Of a stretch of 64,000 nt of DNA, positions 44,075 to 52,246 are shown piece after piece. This stretch comes from Flavobacteriales bacterium (GTDB lineage Bacteria; Bacteroidota; Bacteroidia; Flavobacteriales; UBA7430), in the NCBI GenBank assembly GCA_028110365.1, contig JAOGVT010000004.1:4926-68925 (forward strand), given 5' to 3'. The notes beneath the pieces are model-generated. The model was given only the letters and a program-made list of their open reading frames with translations, made no database searches and was not told the DNA's origin. A program made the position numbers and the translations under genes. The number at the start of each line of letters is the position of its first letter. The first letter of the stretch is position 1.

Positions 44075-45412
44075 ATGGCACTAAACAAACAAAATAGAAC
44101 CGTGAAAAACATACTGTTTGCCAGTGTTATTTCTTTGTTGTTTTTACCGATGATTCAACAAAAGACAAAGTTGATCGATTTAAAACCTTTGAGTGGCTCT
44201 TTTGAAACCTTAAAAAATCCTTATTTCTCATCTCATGATTGGTTTGAAGGAAAATATCAAACAGAACAGCAAAATTATTTAAATCAAAGTATTGGGTTTA
44301 GAAACTTCTTTGTTAGGTTATACAATCAACTACACTACACACTATACAATCAAGCAAAAGCAAATGGGGTTGTCATAGGTAAAGAGGGGTACCTATATGA
44401 AGAGAATTATATTAAAGCTCATTTAGGTATCGATTTTATTGGGGAAGATAAAATAAGAGAAAAAACAGGAAAATTAAAAAGAATCAGTGCCACACTGAAA
44501 GACAAAGGTATAGACTTAATTATCCTCTTAGCTCCTGGTAAAGGAAGTTTTTATCCTGAATTTATTCCGAAATATTACCATCCAAAAAGTCGATCTACAA
44601 CGAATTATGAAGTATATAAAAGAGCGCTATCAGAGGCAGAAGTACATCTTTTAGACTTTCATAGTTGGTTTAATAAACTAAAAAACACCGCTCCATACCC
44701 TCTTTTCCCAAAAACAGGAATTCACTGGAGTAAATACGGAGAAGTACTAGCAGCCGATTCTTTAATCAATTACATTAACTCTATTCGAAAAGAGAAATCT
44801 ATACCACAATTACGAATAAACGATATTGTAACTTCTACAACAATTCGGGATTCAGATGATGATATTGAGAAAGGTATGAATCTGTTGTTTGGAATAGAGG
44901 ATTTGCCAATGGGATACCCTCATTTTCAAATTCAACAAAATAATAGTTCAAATAAAGTAAAAGTGTTGACGGTAGCAGACAGTTATTATTGGGGAATGTT
45001 TAACTGGGGGTGTTCAAGAGATGCATTTAATGAAGGTCAGTTTTGGTTCTACAATAAACAAATATATCCTGATAGTTACACAACTCCTGTTAATGTAGAT
45101 GCTATTAATATTGTTGAACAAGTCGAAAAAAATGATGTAGTCCTTTTATTATCTACAGATGCAAACTTGTACAAGTTTGCCTTTGGATTTATCGATCAAT
45201 TATATGATGGCTACTTTAATTCAAATCAAAATGCACACAGTAAGAAAGGTGCTAAAGAAGAAAGAATACAATTTTACATTAACGCTATAAAAGAAACTCC
45301 AGAGTGGATTGAATCGATTAAGAAAAAAGCGAGTGTGGAAAATATTCCTCTCGATGAGGCAATAAGAAAAGATGCTGAATATATGGTGTGGAGTGAGGAG
45401 AATGGTCAATAA
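44075..45412 (+). CDS. AlgJ/AlgX-like (DHHW/SGNH-type) acyltransferase partner
   Basis: Lies 3 nt after the MBOAT gene. N-terminal anchor and the block PKTGIHWSKYG, which resembles the DHHW motif. Confidence 0.55.
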   Translation: MALNKQNRTVKNILFASVISLLFLPMIQQKTKLIDLKPLSGSFETLKNPYFSSHDWFEGKYQTEQQNYLNQSIGFRNFFVRLYNQLHYTLYNQAKANGVVIGKEGYLYEENYIKAHLGIDFIGEDKIREKTGKLKRISATLKDKGIDLIILLAPGKGSFYPEFIPKYYHPKSRSTTNYEVYKRALSEAEVHLLDFHSWFNKLKNTAPYPLFPKTGIHWSKYGEVLAADSLINYINSIRKEKSIPQLRINDIVTSTTIRDSDDDIEKGMNLLFGIEDLPMGYPHFQIQQNNSSNKVKVLTVADSYYWGMFNWGCSRDAFNEGQFWFYNKQIYPDSYTTPVNVDAINIVEQVEKNDVVLLLSTDANLYKFAFGFIDQLYDGYFNSNQNAHSKKGAKEERIQFYINAIKETPEWIESIKKKASVENIPLDEAIRKDAEYMVWSEENGQ

Positions 45413-45482
45413 TTACCCCTCCAAATCCCTAAACTTTTTTAGAATATCTTATTGGTATTGGTTTGGGCTTAATCGTTCATCA

Positions 45483-45623
45483 TCAACACCTCTTAAAGTA
45501 TACAACACTACTTACTTTACTCTGTTAGGTAAAAAAGTAAAAACGCTTGACAAGGGTTTGTATATTAAAGTAATGCAAACCAATAAAGGACAAGTTGCTG
45601 AGAAAGTTTACCACTCGAAATAA
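45483..45623 (+). pseudogene. orphan T9SS C-terminal-domain remnant (duplicate of 42417-42557)
   Basis: Encodes STPLKVYNTTYFTLLGKKVKTLDKGLYIKVMQTNKGQVAEKVYHSK with no cargo domain upstream. The track ORF 45372-45623 begins inside the AlgJ-like gene in another frame. Confidence 0.6.
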
Positions 45624-45640
45624 TTTGTTTTTACTAAATT

Positions 45641-45672
45641 AAAAAGGCTTCCGTTATGGAAGCCTTTTTTTA
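45641..45672. terminator. bidirectional hairpin terminator
   Basis: AAAAAGGCTTCC-gttat-GGAAGCCTTTTT between convergent genes. Confidence 0.75.
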
Positions 45673-47577
45673 TTTTTTTATTTTTTTCAATTTCTGAATT
45701 TTGCCTTTTTTCTTTTTAGAAACAAAGTTTAGCATGAGATTGTATTTGTCCCAATTCCACTTTTCTGGCATAAGTAGACGATCGTTTAGCCGCTCCATAT
45801 CTGCTATAGATTTGTTGTTCGGATGCAAAGTTATTGCCGCAATGTCTTGCACCTCATTTTCCATAGAAATTACGTAATAAGGATTGGTCCAAGCCCAATC
45901 TCTCAGTTGTACAACTTCAGTATCCAATGCTTTTTCTCCTCGCATTAAAACGGTTGGAATGTAGTAGTTCAGCTTAGTTCCATCTTTTAATTGTACTTCG
46001 ACTTCAATGGGCATCGGCATTTCTCCCTTCTTCAACACAACGTTGGTCCCATTTTCGGTTTTGGCAACTTCTTCGATCGCATAATCTATTGTTTTGGTCG
46101 TATTCACAAAATAATCGAAATACCAGTCTAACTCAATACCACTTTCTTTTTCTACAATTCTTTTAAAATCACTTGCAGTAGGGTGTTTGTAGCTCCACTC
46201 TTTAAAGTAGCGCAACAGCGAACGGTCTACAGCATTTTGTCCTACAATATGACTAAGTTGGTCTAGTATAACTACTCCTTTTGAATAGGAGGCCGTACCA
46301 TAGGCCCAATTCGTATTGAAATGATCTGCATGCGTACACAAGGGCTCTTCATAAGCACTGTCTGCTATTCTTTTGTAGCCTTTGTAGGAGCTATTGTGCG
46401 CATCTTTCCAATCTTCTGGGAACAATTGTTGCTCAATTCTGTTAGATGCATAAGAAGTGAAGCCTTCGTCCATCCAAGAGAACAGGCTTTCGTTTGTGGC
46501 AAGTAAACCTTGGTACCAACTGTGCATAGCCTCATGAACACATACGCCAACCAAACTTTTTAGATTCCTGTTTCCAGTGATCAAAGTTGCCATTGGGTAT
46601 TCCATACCACCATCGCCCCCTTGAATTATGGAGTAGTGTGGGTAAGGATATTTCCCGAAATTTTCATCTGCATAGGCAAAAGTGCGAACCATATAGTCGC
46701 CCAAATTGTCCCATTCTTTCGTTTTATCTCCTTTCAAGTAAAAAAGATGAAAGTCTGGTCCATTTTCATTTGTTACAATATCGTGCGTATACTCTGGGTC
46801 AGCTGCCCAAACAAAATCGTGTACATTTTCAGCCTTAAAATTCCAGGTAAGCCTTTCAGGTATCGTGTCAATTGGAGGAGGAGTAGTTGCGTAACCATGC
46901 CCAATTTGTTGTGCGTTTTGTAACACACCTGTTGCCGCAATTGTATAGGCAGCATCCATAGTAATGTTAACTTCAAACGAACCCCAAATACCATAAAATT
47001 CTCTTCCCACATAAGGGTTTGTATGCCAACCCTCTTTATCGTATTCACACATTTTTGGGTACCACTGAGACATAGAGTAATCGATGCCTTCTTTGTTCAT
47101 TCTTCCCGAACGACGAATTTGTAGGGGAACTTGCGCCTTAAAAACCATAGAGAATACAGTTGTGTCTCCAGGTAAGAGGGGCTTCGCTAAATCAACATCC
47201 AAAATGGTTCCATCGTGCTTAAAATTCAGTTCAGTGCCGTTTTGTTGTAAACTCAACACCTGTTGAATACCTACTTCTTTTTCATTTAACTTGGCTATTC
47301 GATCTCCTACACGTCTGTCAGGATCTAAAATGGTTCGAGATCTTACATCCATCATGCTTCCGGGTTGAAAGGCATTAAAGTAGAGGTGGTAAAACACCTT
47401 GTTTAAGGTGTCTGGTGAGTGGTTGGTAAAGATCAATTCTTGCGCTCCATCAAATTGATGATTTTCAGAATCGAAGTCGATATCCATTTGGTAGTGCGCT
47501 TCTTGTTGCCAGTAAGATTGACCACAAACGACTGAAGTGAAGCCAAAGCAGATAAGTATTGGTAAAAGCCTTTTCAT
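45670..47577 (-). CDS. M1-family zinc metallopeptidase (aminopeptidase N-like), secreted
   Basis: Signal peptide, GGMEYPM, HEAMHSWYQG and WMDEGFTSY. Confidence 0.85.
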   Translation of the reverse strand: MKRLLPILICFGFTSVVCGQSYWQQEAHYQMDIDFDSENHQFDGAQELIFTNHSPDTLNKVFYHLYFNAFQPGSMMDVRSRTILDPDRRVGDRIAKLNEKEVGIQQVLSLQQNGTELNFKHDGTILDVDLAKPLLPGDTTVFSMVFKAQVPLQIRRSGRMNKEGIDYSMSQWYPKMCEYDKEGWHTNPYVGREFYGIWGSFEVNITMDAAYTIAATGVLQNAQQIGHGYATTPPPIDTIPERLTWNFKAENVHDFVWAADPEYTHDIVTNENGPDFHLFYLKGDKTKEWDNLGDYMVRTFAYADENFGKYPYPHYSIIQGGDGGMEYPMATLITGNRNLKSLVGVCVHEAMHSWYQGLLATNESLFSWMDEGFTSYASNRIEQQLFPEDWKDAHNSSYKGYKRIADSAYEEPLCTHADHFNTNWAYGTASYSKGVVILDQLSHIVGQNAVDRSLLRYFKEWSYKHPTASDFKRIVEKESGIELDWYFDYFVNTTKTIDYAIEEVAKTENGTNVVLKKGEMPMPIEVEVQLKDGTKLNYYIPTVLMRGEKALDTEVVQLRDWAWTNPYYVISMENEVQDIAAITLHPNNKSIADMERLNDRLLMPEKWNWDKYNLMLNFVSKKKKGKIQKLKKIKK

Positions 47578-47636
47578 TCGAATAGAATTTAATTAATTTA
47601 GGCGTAAATCTACAAACTATATTTTGCTTAGAGGTA

Positions 47637-48524
47637 ATGGCTGAACAAAGAAAAATATTACGAATATTTAAGCTGATAAGCTTGTTGAAAGGGGCTAGGC
47701 GTCGAACTCCAACTGAGTTGGCATCCATCCTCGAGATTTCTAAGCGAACCGTGTATCGGTATTTTATTCTTTTAGAGGAATTGGGTTTTGTGTTAGATGT
47801 TGACTTTGAGAATCGGTATTTTATTCCAACCGACGAAGGCGAAGAGTATCAGTTTGCGTTTAATGCCGAAGAATCTTTATTGATTAAACAATCGATTAAA
47901 AGTTTGTCTGCCGGTCATAATTTAGCTGAGCACATTCTTAAAAAACTCCATATGATGAGCGAGCAAGCTCAAATAGGCGAAAATATTTTGAATGCGAGTA
48001 ATGGTCTTAAAATTGAGAAGCTGTCTAAGGCGATTAGTGCTAAGGTTCAAGTTAAATTAATGAACTATTCCTCTTTAAATTCTAATTCAGACACCAACCG
48101 TTTGTTTGAGCCCATTTCTTTTACAACAAATTACACGGGTGTGGTTGGGGTAGATGTGGAAAATGCGCCCACAGAATCTAGAATATTTAACATCAATCGT
48201 ATTGGACAAGTAGACGTTTTGCAAAAGTCGCAGCGGTTTGCGCCTTCAATTGCTGTTCAAATCATAGATTGTTTTGGTTTTAAAGGGACAACTCATTACC
48301 ATGTAGAGTTGCACCTTCAGCGAAAAGCCTATGCACAGTTAATTCAATTTTACCCTCAAACTAAAGTACTTATGAGTGGTAAAACCAATCGTTATGTTTT
48401 TAAAGGTAAAGTTTGTTTTTCCGAAAATCTATTTCGTTTTTTACTTTCTTTTCCCGATCAAGTGGTGGTGGTAAAGCCCGCTGCTTTGCTTGACGAATTG
48501 GAGGCTTTTAAGCAGACTTTTTAA
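47637..48524 (+). CDS. HTH (DeoR/YafY-type) transcriptional regulator
   Basis: ILRIFKLISLLKGARRRTPTELASILEISKRTVYRYFILLEELGF. Confidence 0.6.
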   Translation: MAEQRKILRIFKLISLLKGARRRTPTELASILEISKRTVYRYFILLEELGFVLDVDFENRYFIPTDEGEEYQFAFNAEESLLIKQSIKSLSAGHNLAEHILKKLHMMSEQAQIGENILNASNGLKIEKLSKAISAKVQVKLMNYSSLNSNSDTNRLFEPISFTTNYTGVVGVDVENAPTESRIFNINRIGQVDVLQKSQRFAPSIAVQIIDCFGFKGTTHYHVELHLQRKAYAQLIQFYPQTKVLMSGKTNRYVFKGKVCFSENLFRFLLSFPDQVVVVKPAALLDELEAFKQTF

Positions 48525-49227
48525 GTTTTATTGCCAGTTCGTTTAAGCTCACGTAAAGCTCTTCTAAAGCATTGATCACAAAGTATTTTTCTTGTATTAC
48601 ATCGGTATGAAACGCACTTTGCATAACTTCGTAAATATTGTAGTTGAGGTGTTTTATTTTGGGGTCAAATACGTGGTTTGTTTCACCGTAAGATGACGCA
48701 ATGCCCGCGCCGTAAACTTTTGTTTTACCCTCTTCTTTAATAAGTCCAAACTCTATGGTAAACCAGTAAATACGTTGCAGCTTTTCGAGCATTTCTATAT
48801 CTCCTTTAAATTGTTGTCCCAATTTCCCAAATGCTTGCGCAAACTTTGAGAAGGTAGGGTTTATTAAAAGCGGAATATGACCAAAAACATCATGAAACAT
48901 ATCGGGCTCTTCTAAGTAGTCTATTTGACTTCTTTTGCGAAGCCAGGTAGAGGAACAGAATTTTTTTTCTGCCAATAAATCAAAAAAATCATCTACTGGA
49001 ATTAATCCCGGAACTACATGAATTTGCCAACCCGTTTGGGTTTTGAAAAAGGCATTCATCTCCTCAAAATTGGGAATAGCTGTTGCATTTAAGCAAGGTG
49101 CAAGTTTTTCCAGACACGCATTGTATTCTTTGCTTCCCTTTGTTGCCAGGTTTTCTTTCTGACGATTGAAAAGAAGTTTCCAAACTTCTTGATCTTCCGA
49201 AGTGTATTCCTTGTAAAGCTGTTTCAT
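48508..49227 (-). CDS. phhA: phenylalanine 4-monooxygenase
   Basis: EPDMFHDVFGHIPLL, YWFTIEFGL and GAGIASSYGE. Confidence 0.85.
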   Translation of the reverse strand: MKQLYKEYTSEDQEVWKLLFNRQKENLATKGSKEYNACLEKLAPCLNATAIPNFEEMNAFFKTQTGWQIHVVPGLIPVDDFFDLLAEKKFCSSTWLRKRSQIDYLEEPDMFHDVFGHIPLLINPTFSKFAQAFGKLGQQFKGDIEMLEKLQRIYWFTIEFGLIKEEGKTKVYGAGIASSYGETNHVFDPKIKHLNYNIYEVMQSAFHTDVIQEKYFVINALEELYVSLNELAIKLKKSA

Positions 49228-49237
49228 AATTTGGAGT

Positions 49238-49273
49238 ATAAAAAAACACCTACTCTTGTAAAGAATAGGTGTT
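49238..49273 (-). terminator. intrinsic terminator immediately upstream of phhA (attenuator candidate)
   Basis: The minus-strand RNA is AACACCUA-UUCUUuacAAGAG-UAGGUGUU followed by UUUUUAU. It ends about 11 nt before the phhA ATG. Confidence 0.6.
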
Positions 49274-49306
49274 GGTTATAATTGCATACGACCATTGTCC
49301 GATTCC

Positions 49307-49354
49307 TTATGGAGTGGAGTTTAAATAATAATAGTATGTGTTTTTTCTTTTCAT
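49307..49354 (-). CDS. 15-codon leader peptide MKRKNTYYYYLNSTP with four consecutive Tyr codons
   Basis: Hand translation of atg aaa aga aaa aac aca tac tat tat tat tta aac tcc act cca taa on the minus strand. The stop lies 33 nt upstream of the terminator stem. Confidence 0.45.
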   Translation of the reverse strand: MKRKNTYYYYLNSTP

Positions 49355-49360
49355 TTAATT

Positions 49361-49391
49361 CAAATATACAAATGTTTTCTTGTAATCCAAA
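49361..49391 (-). promoter_or_regulatory. Bacteroidetes-type promoter TTTG-N19-TATATTTG
   Basis: On the minus strand, TTTG (49391-49388) and TAnnTTTG (49368-49361). The -7 box ends 6 nt before the leader ATG. Confidence 0.35.
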
Positions 49392-49461
49392 TTATTATTT
49401 GTGACACTAATTGTCTCAGTCATGTCTTTCATTTGTACTGTAGAAATTAAAACACAAAGCT

Positions 49462-49851
49462 ATGACAACTACTTACGCACTTAGACAAAGCACACATCAG
49501 TTTTTGCCTTTTGGAACGAATTTTTCTCAAAAGGACGATCATTTAGGCGTGTGCAATACTCAAATTTTAGAGGATTTAGTCGATGGAGAATACCAGAGAG
49601 AATGTTATTTTCAAACCCGAAAGTTTGGTTCAGTTTATTTATCTGTGGTTAGTAAACTTGTTATTTCTGATCAAACATGGAATGCTTTTATGGGTACGTT
49701 TACCCTAGATAAAGATATTGAAGGATTTATTGATCAGATGATTAATACGCAGAATGATCAAGATTTGTTGGGTTTGATAGGTAATAATTTACCAAAATAT
49801 CCAGATGTTTTAGGTCTTGTACTCATGGGAGAAGCGGTTTACAATTCGTAA
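49462..49851 (+). CDS. hypothetical 129-aa protein
   Basis: ORF only. Confidence 0.45.
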   Translation: MTTTYALRQSTHQFLPFGTNFSQKDDHLGVCNTQILEDLVDGEYQRECYFQTRKFGSVYLSVVSKLVISDQTWNAFMGTFTLDKDIEGFIDQMINTQNDQDLLGLIGNNLPKYPDVLGLVLMGEAVYNS

Positions 49852-49878
49852 AAAAAAAACGAGCGCTAGCTCGTTTTA
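49852..49878. terminator. bidirectional hairpin terminator
   Basis: AAAAAAAAACGAGC-gcta-GCTCGTTTT between convergent genes. Confidence 0.7.
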
Positions 49879-49891
49879 ATTCTTACGGTAA

Positions 49892-50143
49892 CTAGTCTTC
49901 TAGTTCTTCGTATCGGTCAATTTCTCTTTGGTAAAATTCATCAGCAAGAGCTAGGAGTTCACTAATTGCAGTAGTTAATTCTGCTTCGTCTGCTGTTCCT
50001 AATAATTCTGGTAAATCATCATCCATCCACATCACATCATCTGTATCTAGGTTAAGTACAAATTTGGGAGATTCGGTATGAACGATAAAAACAGTGTCTT
50101 GACTGTCGGTGTTGTCTCCAACTAAAAACTTTGGTATTTTCAT
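49892..50143 (-). CDS. small acidic 83-aa protein downstream of the sigma-54 regulator
   Basis: ORF starts 2 nt after the regulator's stop. No motif recognised. Confidence 0.5.
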   Translation of the reverse strand: MKIPKFLVGDNTDSQDTVFIVHTESPKFVLNLDTDDVMWMDDDLPELLGTADEAELTTAISELLALADEFYQREIDRYEELED

Positions 50144-50145
50144 GT

Positions 50146-51312
50146 TTATTCTTTTCCTGCAAATGATTTTACATCTTTTTTACTAACCGTGTCTGAGCAT
50201 AAAATAATCAAACGTTCAATTACATTTCTAAATTCTCTGATATTCCCAGACCAAGAATAGCTTTGCAGGGTTTTAAGCGCATCTGGACTAAAGGTTTTTT
50301 CAGCAATCCCATGTTCTTCACAAATTTGTTTGTTAAAATGTTCTGTAAGAACAGGTATGTCTTCTTTCCGTTCGTCTAAGGAAGGGTTATTTATTAATAT
50401 AACGCCTAATCGATGGTAAAGATCTTCTCTAAAGTTTCCTTCTTTTATTTCTTTTTGTAAATCTTTATTGGTTGCCGCGAGTACACGCACATTTACTTTT
50501 ATCTCTTTGTCGCTTCCAACTCGGGTAATTTTATGCTCTTGCAATGCGCGTAGTACTTTTGCTTGTGCTTTTAGGCTCATGTCACCAACTTCATCAAGAA
50601 AAAGGGTGCCAGTATCTGCTGTTTCAAATTTTCCTTTTCTTTGTTTTATGGCCGAGGTAAATGCTCCTTTTTCATGTCCAAACAATTCCGACTCTATAAG
50701 TTCCGAAGGTATTGCAGCACAGTTTACCTCAATCATTGGCGATTTACTACGCTCACTCTTCTCATGTATTGCATGGGCTATAAGTTCTTTTCCAGTTCCG
50801 TTTGCGCCGGTAATTAAAACTCGCGCATCTGTTGGTGCTACAAGTTCTATCATTTGATGTATTTTACTAAGCTCAGGAGAGTTGCCAATCATTTGGTATT
50901 TTTTACTCACCTTCTTCTTAAGAACTTTGTTTTGTACCACTAAGTTTTTTCTATCTAAACCATTTCTAATGGTATTTAATAAGCGGTTTAAATCTGGCGG
51001 TTTAGAGATGTAATCGAAAGCACCTTTTTTAATGCAGTCTACTGCTGTGTCAATGTCGCCATGGCCAGAAATCATGATAAGGGTGAGTTCTGGTTGAATT
51101 TCCATAGCCTTGGTCAGCAGATCTATTCCGTCCATCTTAGGCATTTTAATGTCGCACAGAACCAAATCAAAGCTGTTGTTTGTAATCTTTTCTAATCCTT
51201 CAATACCATTTTCAGCTAATTCAACTTCATAACTTGAGTCTTCTTCTTGTATGATGTTCGAAAGTACATTCCGAATCGCTAGTTCATCTTCTATAATGAG
51301 GATTTTTGCCAT
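50146..51312 (-). CDS. sigma-54-dependent response regulator (REC + AAA+); no obvious C-terminal Fis-type HTH
   Basis: KILIIEDE..DLVLCDIKMPKMDG (REC), ITGANGTGKELIAHAIH, GAFTSA (GAFTGA variant), and RVLAATN. The protein ends about 25 aa after the AAA+ lid. Confidence 0.85.
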   Translation of the reverse strand: MAKILIIEDELAIRNVLSNIIQEEDSSYEVELAENGIEGLEKITNNSFDLVLCDIKMPKMDGIDLLTKAMEIQPELTLIMISGHGDIDTAVDCIKKGAFDYISKPPDLNRLLNTIRNGLDRKNLVVQNKVLKKKVSKKYQMIGNSPELSKIHQMIELVAPTDARVLITGANGTGKELIAHAIHEKSERSKSPMIEVNCAAIPSELIESELFGHEKGAFTSAIKQRKGKFETADTGTLFLDEVGDMSLKAQAKVLRALQEHKITRVGSDKEIKVNVRVLAATNKDLQKEIKEGNFREDLYHRLGVILINNPSLDERKEDIPVLTEHFNKQICEEHGIAEKTFSPDALKTLQSYSWSGNIREFRNVIERLIILCSDTVSKKDVKSFAGKE

Positions 51313-52244
51313 AGTGTAGGTTTTGTTACGAGGCTTTGAAGTAAACCTTCTTTAAGCGCAAAGTTAGACAGTCGTAAATCGTGTATAATAAGTCGGTTTA
51401 ATATGAAATTGATCACAACAACAGCGATAACAATCATGTCTGCCCTCATAGGAATTAAGCCTTCCATTTTGAGCCTTTCGGCTAAAGTTGCTTCAGAAAT
51501 AACGCGTTGTATTTGGTTGTAATCGGCCATTAAAAAAGTGTAATTTTTTTTCTTTTTCCACAAGTTGCAATCTCCGTTTTTACAAGAAATCATCTCTGCC
51601 AGGGTATCAAACGATCCCGATGATCCTATCAAACAATTAATTTCATAGACTTCGGCCATTTCTATCATTTCAGCAAGTGTTTCCTCTAAATGTGAGTCAA
51701 TTGCAGCTATGTCTGTTAGTTCAATAGGGTCAGCTGGATTAAATTTTTCCAATAACCTTGCTGCGCCAAGTTTGTAGCTTTTTTTCCAAAAGGTTTCTTG
51801 CTGGTTTGCAATGATAAATTCTGTGCTTCCGCCACCAATATCAATTATTAATTTTGGTGTTTCTTCTAAATCTAAGGCTTGGATGACTCCCTTGTATATC
51901 AAGTCAGCTTCGGTGTCTCCATCGATTACCTGAATCGAAATACCCAGTTTTTCTTTTACTTCTTTAACAAATTCCGGACCGTTGTCTGCACTTCGAATTG
52001 CGGAGGTTGCCACGGCGTAAAATTCTGTAATACCTTCCTCTTTTAGTTTTGCTTTGTGTTGCGTAAGTGCATCTAATCCTCTTTGGTAAGGCGTTTGGGC
52101 AATAAAGTTTTTTGTTATCCCACCTTGTCCTAACTTAACAACAATCTTTGTTTTGTAAAACACCCTGTACTTTTGATCTTCTACTTCTGCAAGTAGTAAA
52201 TTAAAAGTGTTTGTCCCTAAGTCTATGATGCCTATTTTTCTCAT
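51291..52244 (-). CDS. Ppx/GppA-family phosphatase
   Basis: IGIIDLGTNTFNLLLAEV and IIDIGGGSTEFI. Confidence 0.8.
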   Translation of the reverse strand: MRKIGIIDLGTNTFNLLLAEVEDQKYRVFYKTKIVVKLGQGGITKNFIAQTPYQRGLDALTQHKAKLKEEGITEFYAVATSAIRSADNGPEFVKEVKEKLGISIQVIDGDTEADLIYKGVIQALDLEETPKLIIDIGGGSTEFIIANQQETFWKKSYKLGAARLLEKFNPADPIELTDIAAIDSHLEETLAEMIEMAEVYEINCLIGSSGSFDTLAEMISCKNGDCNLWKKKKNYTFLMADYNQIQRVISEATLAERLKMEGLIPMRADMIVIAVVVINFILNRLIIHDLRLSNFALKEGLLQSLVTKPTLWQKSSL

Positions 52245-52246
52245 TT

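Noticed and set aside
45372-45482. N-terminal half of the 83-aa track ORF 45372-45623
   Set aside because: It overlaps the end of the AlgJ-like gene in another frame and has no signal peptide or domain. Only the C-terminal T9SS-tail part (45483-45623) has homology, so it is called a remnant rather than a gene.
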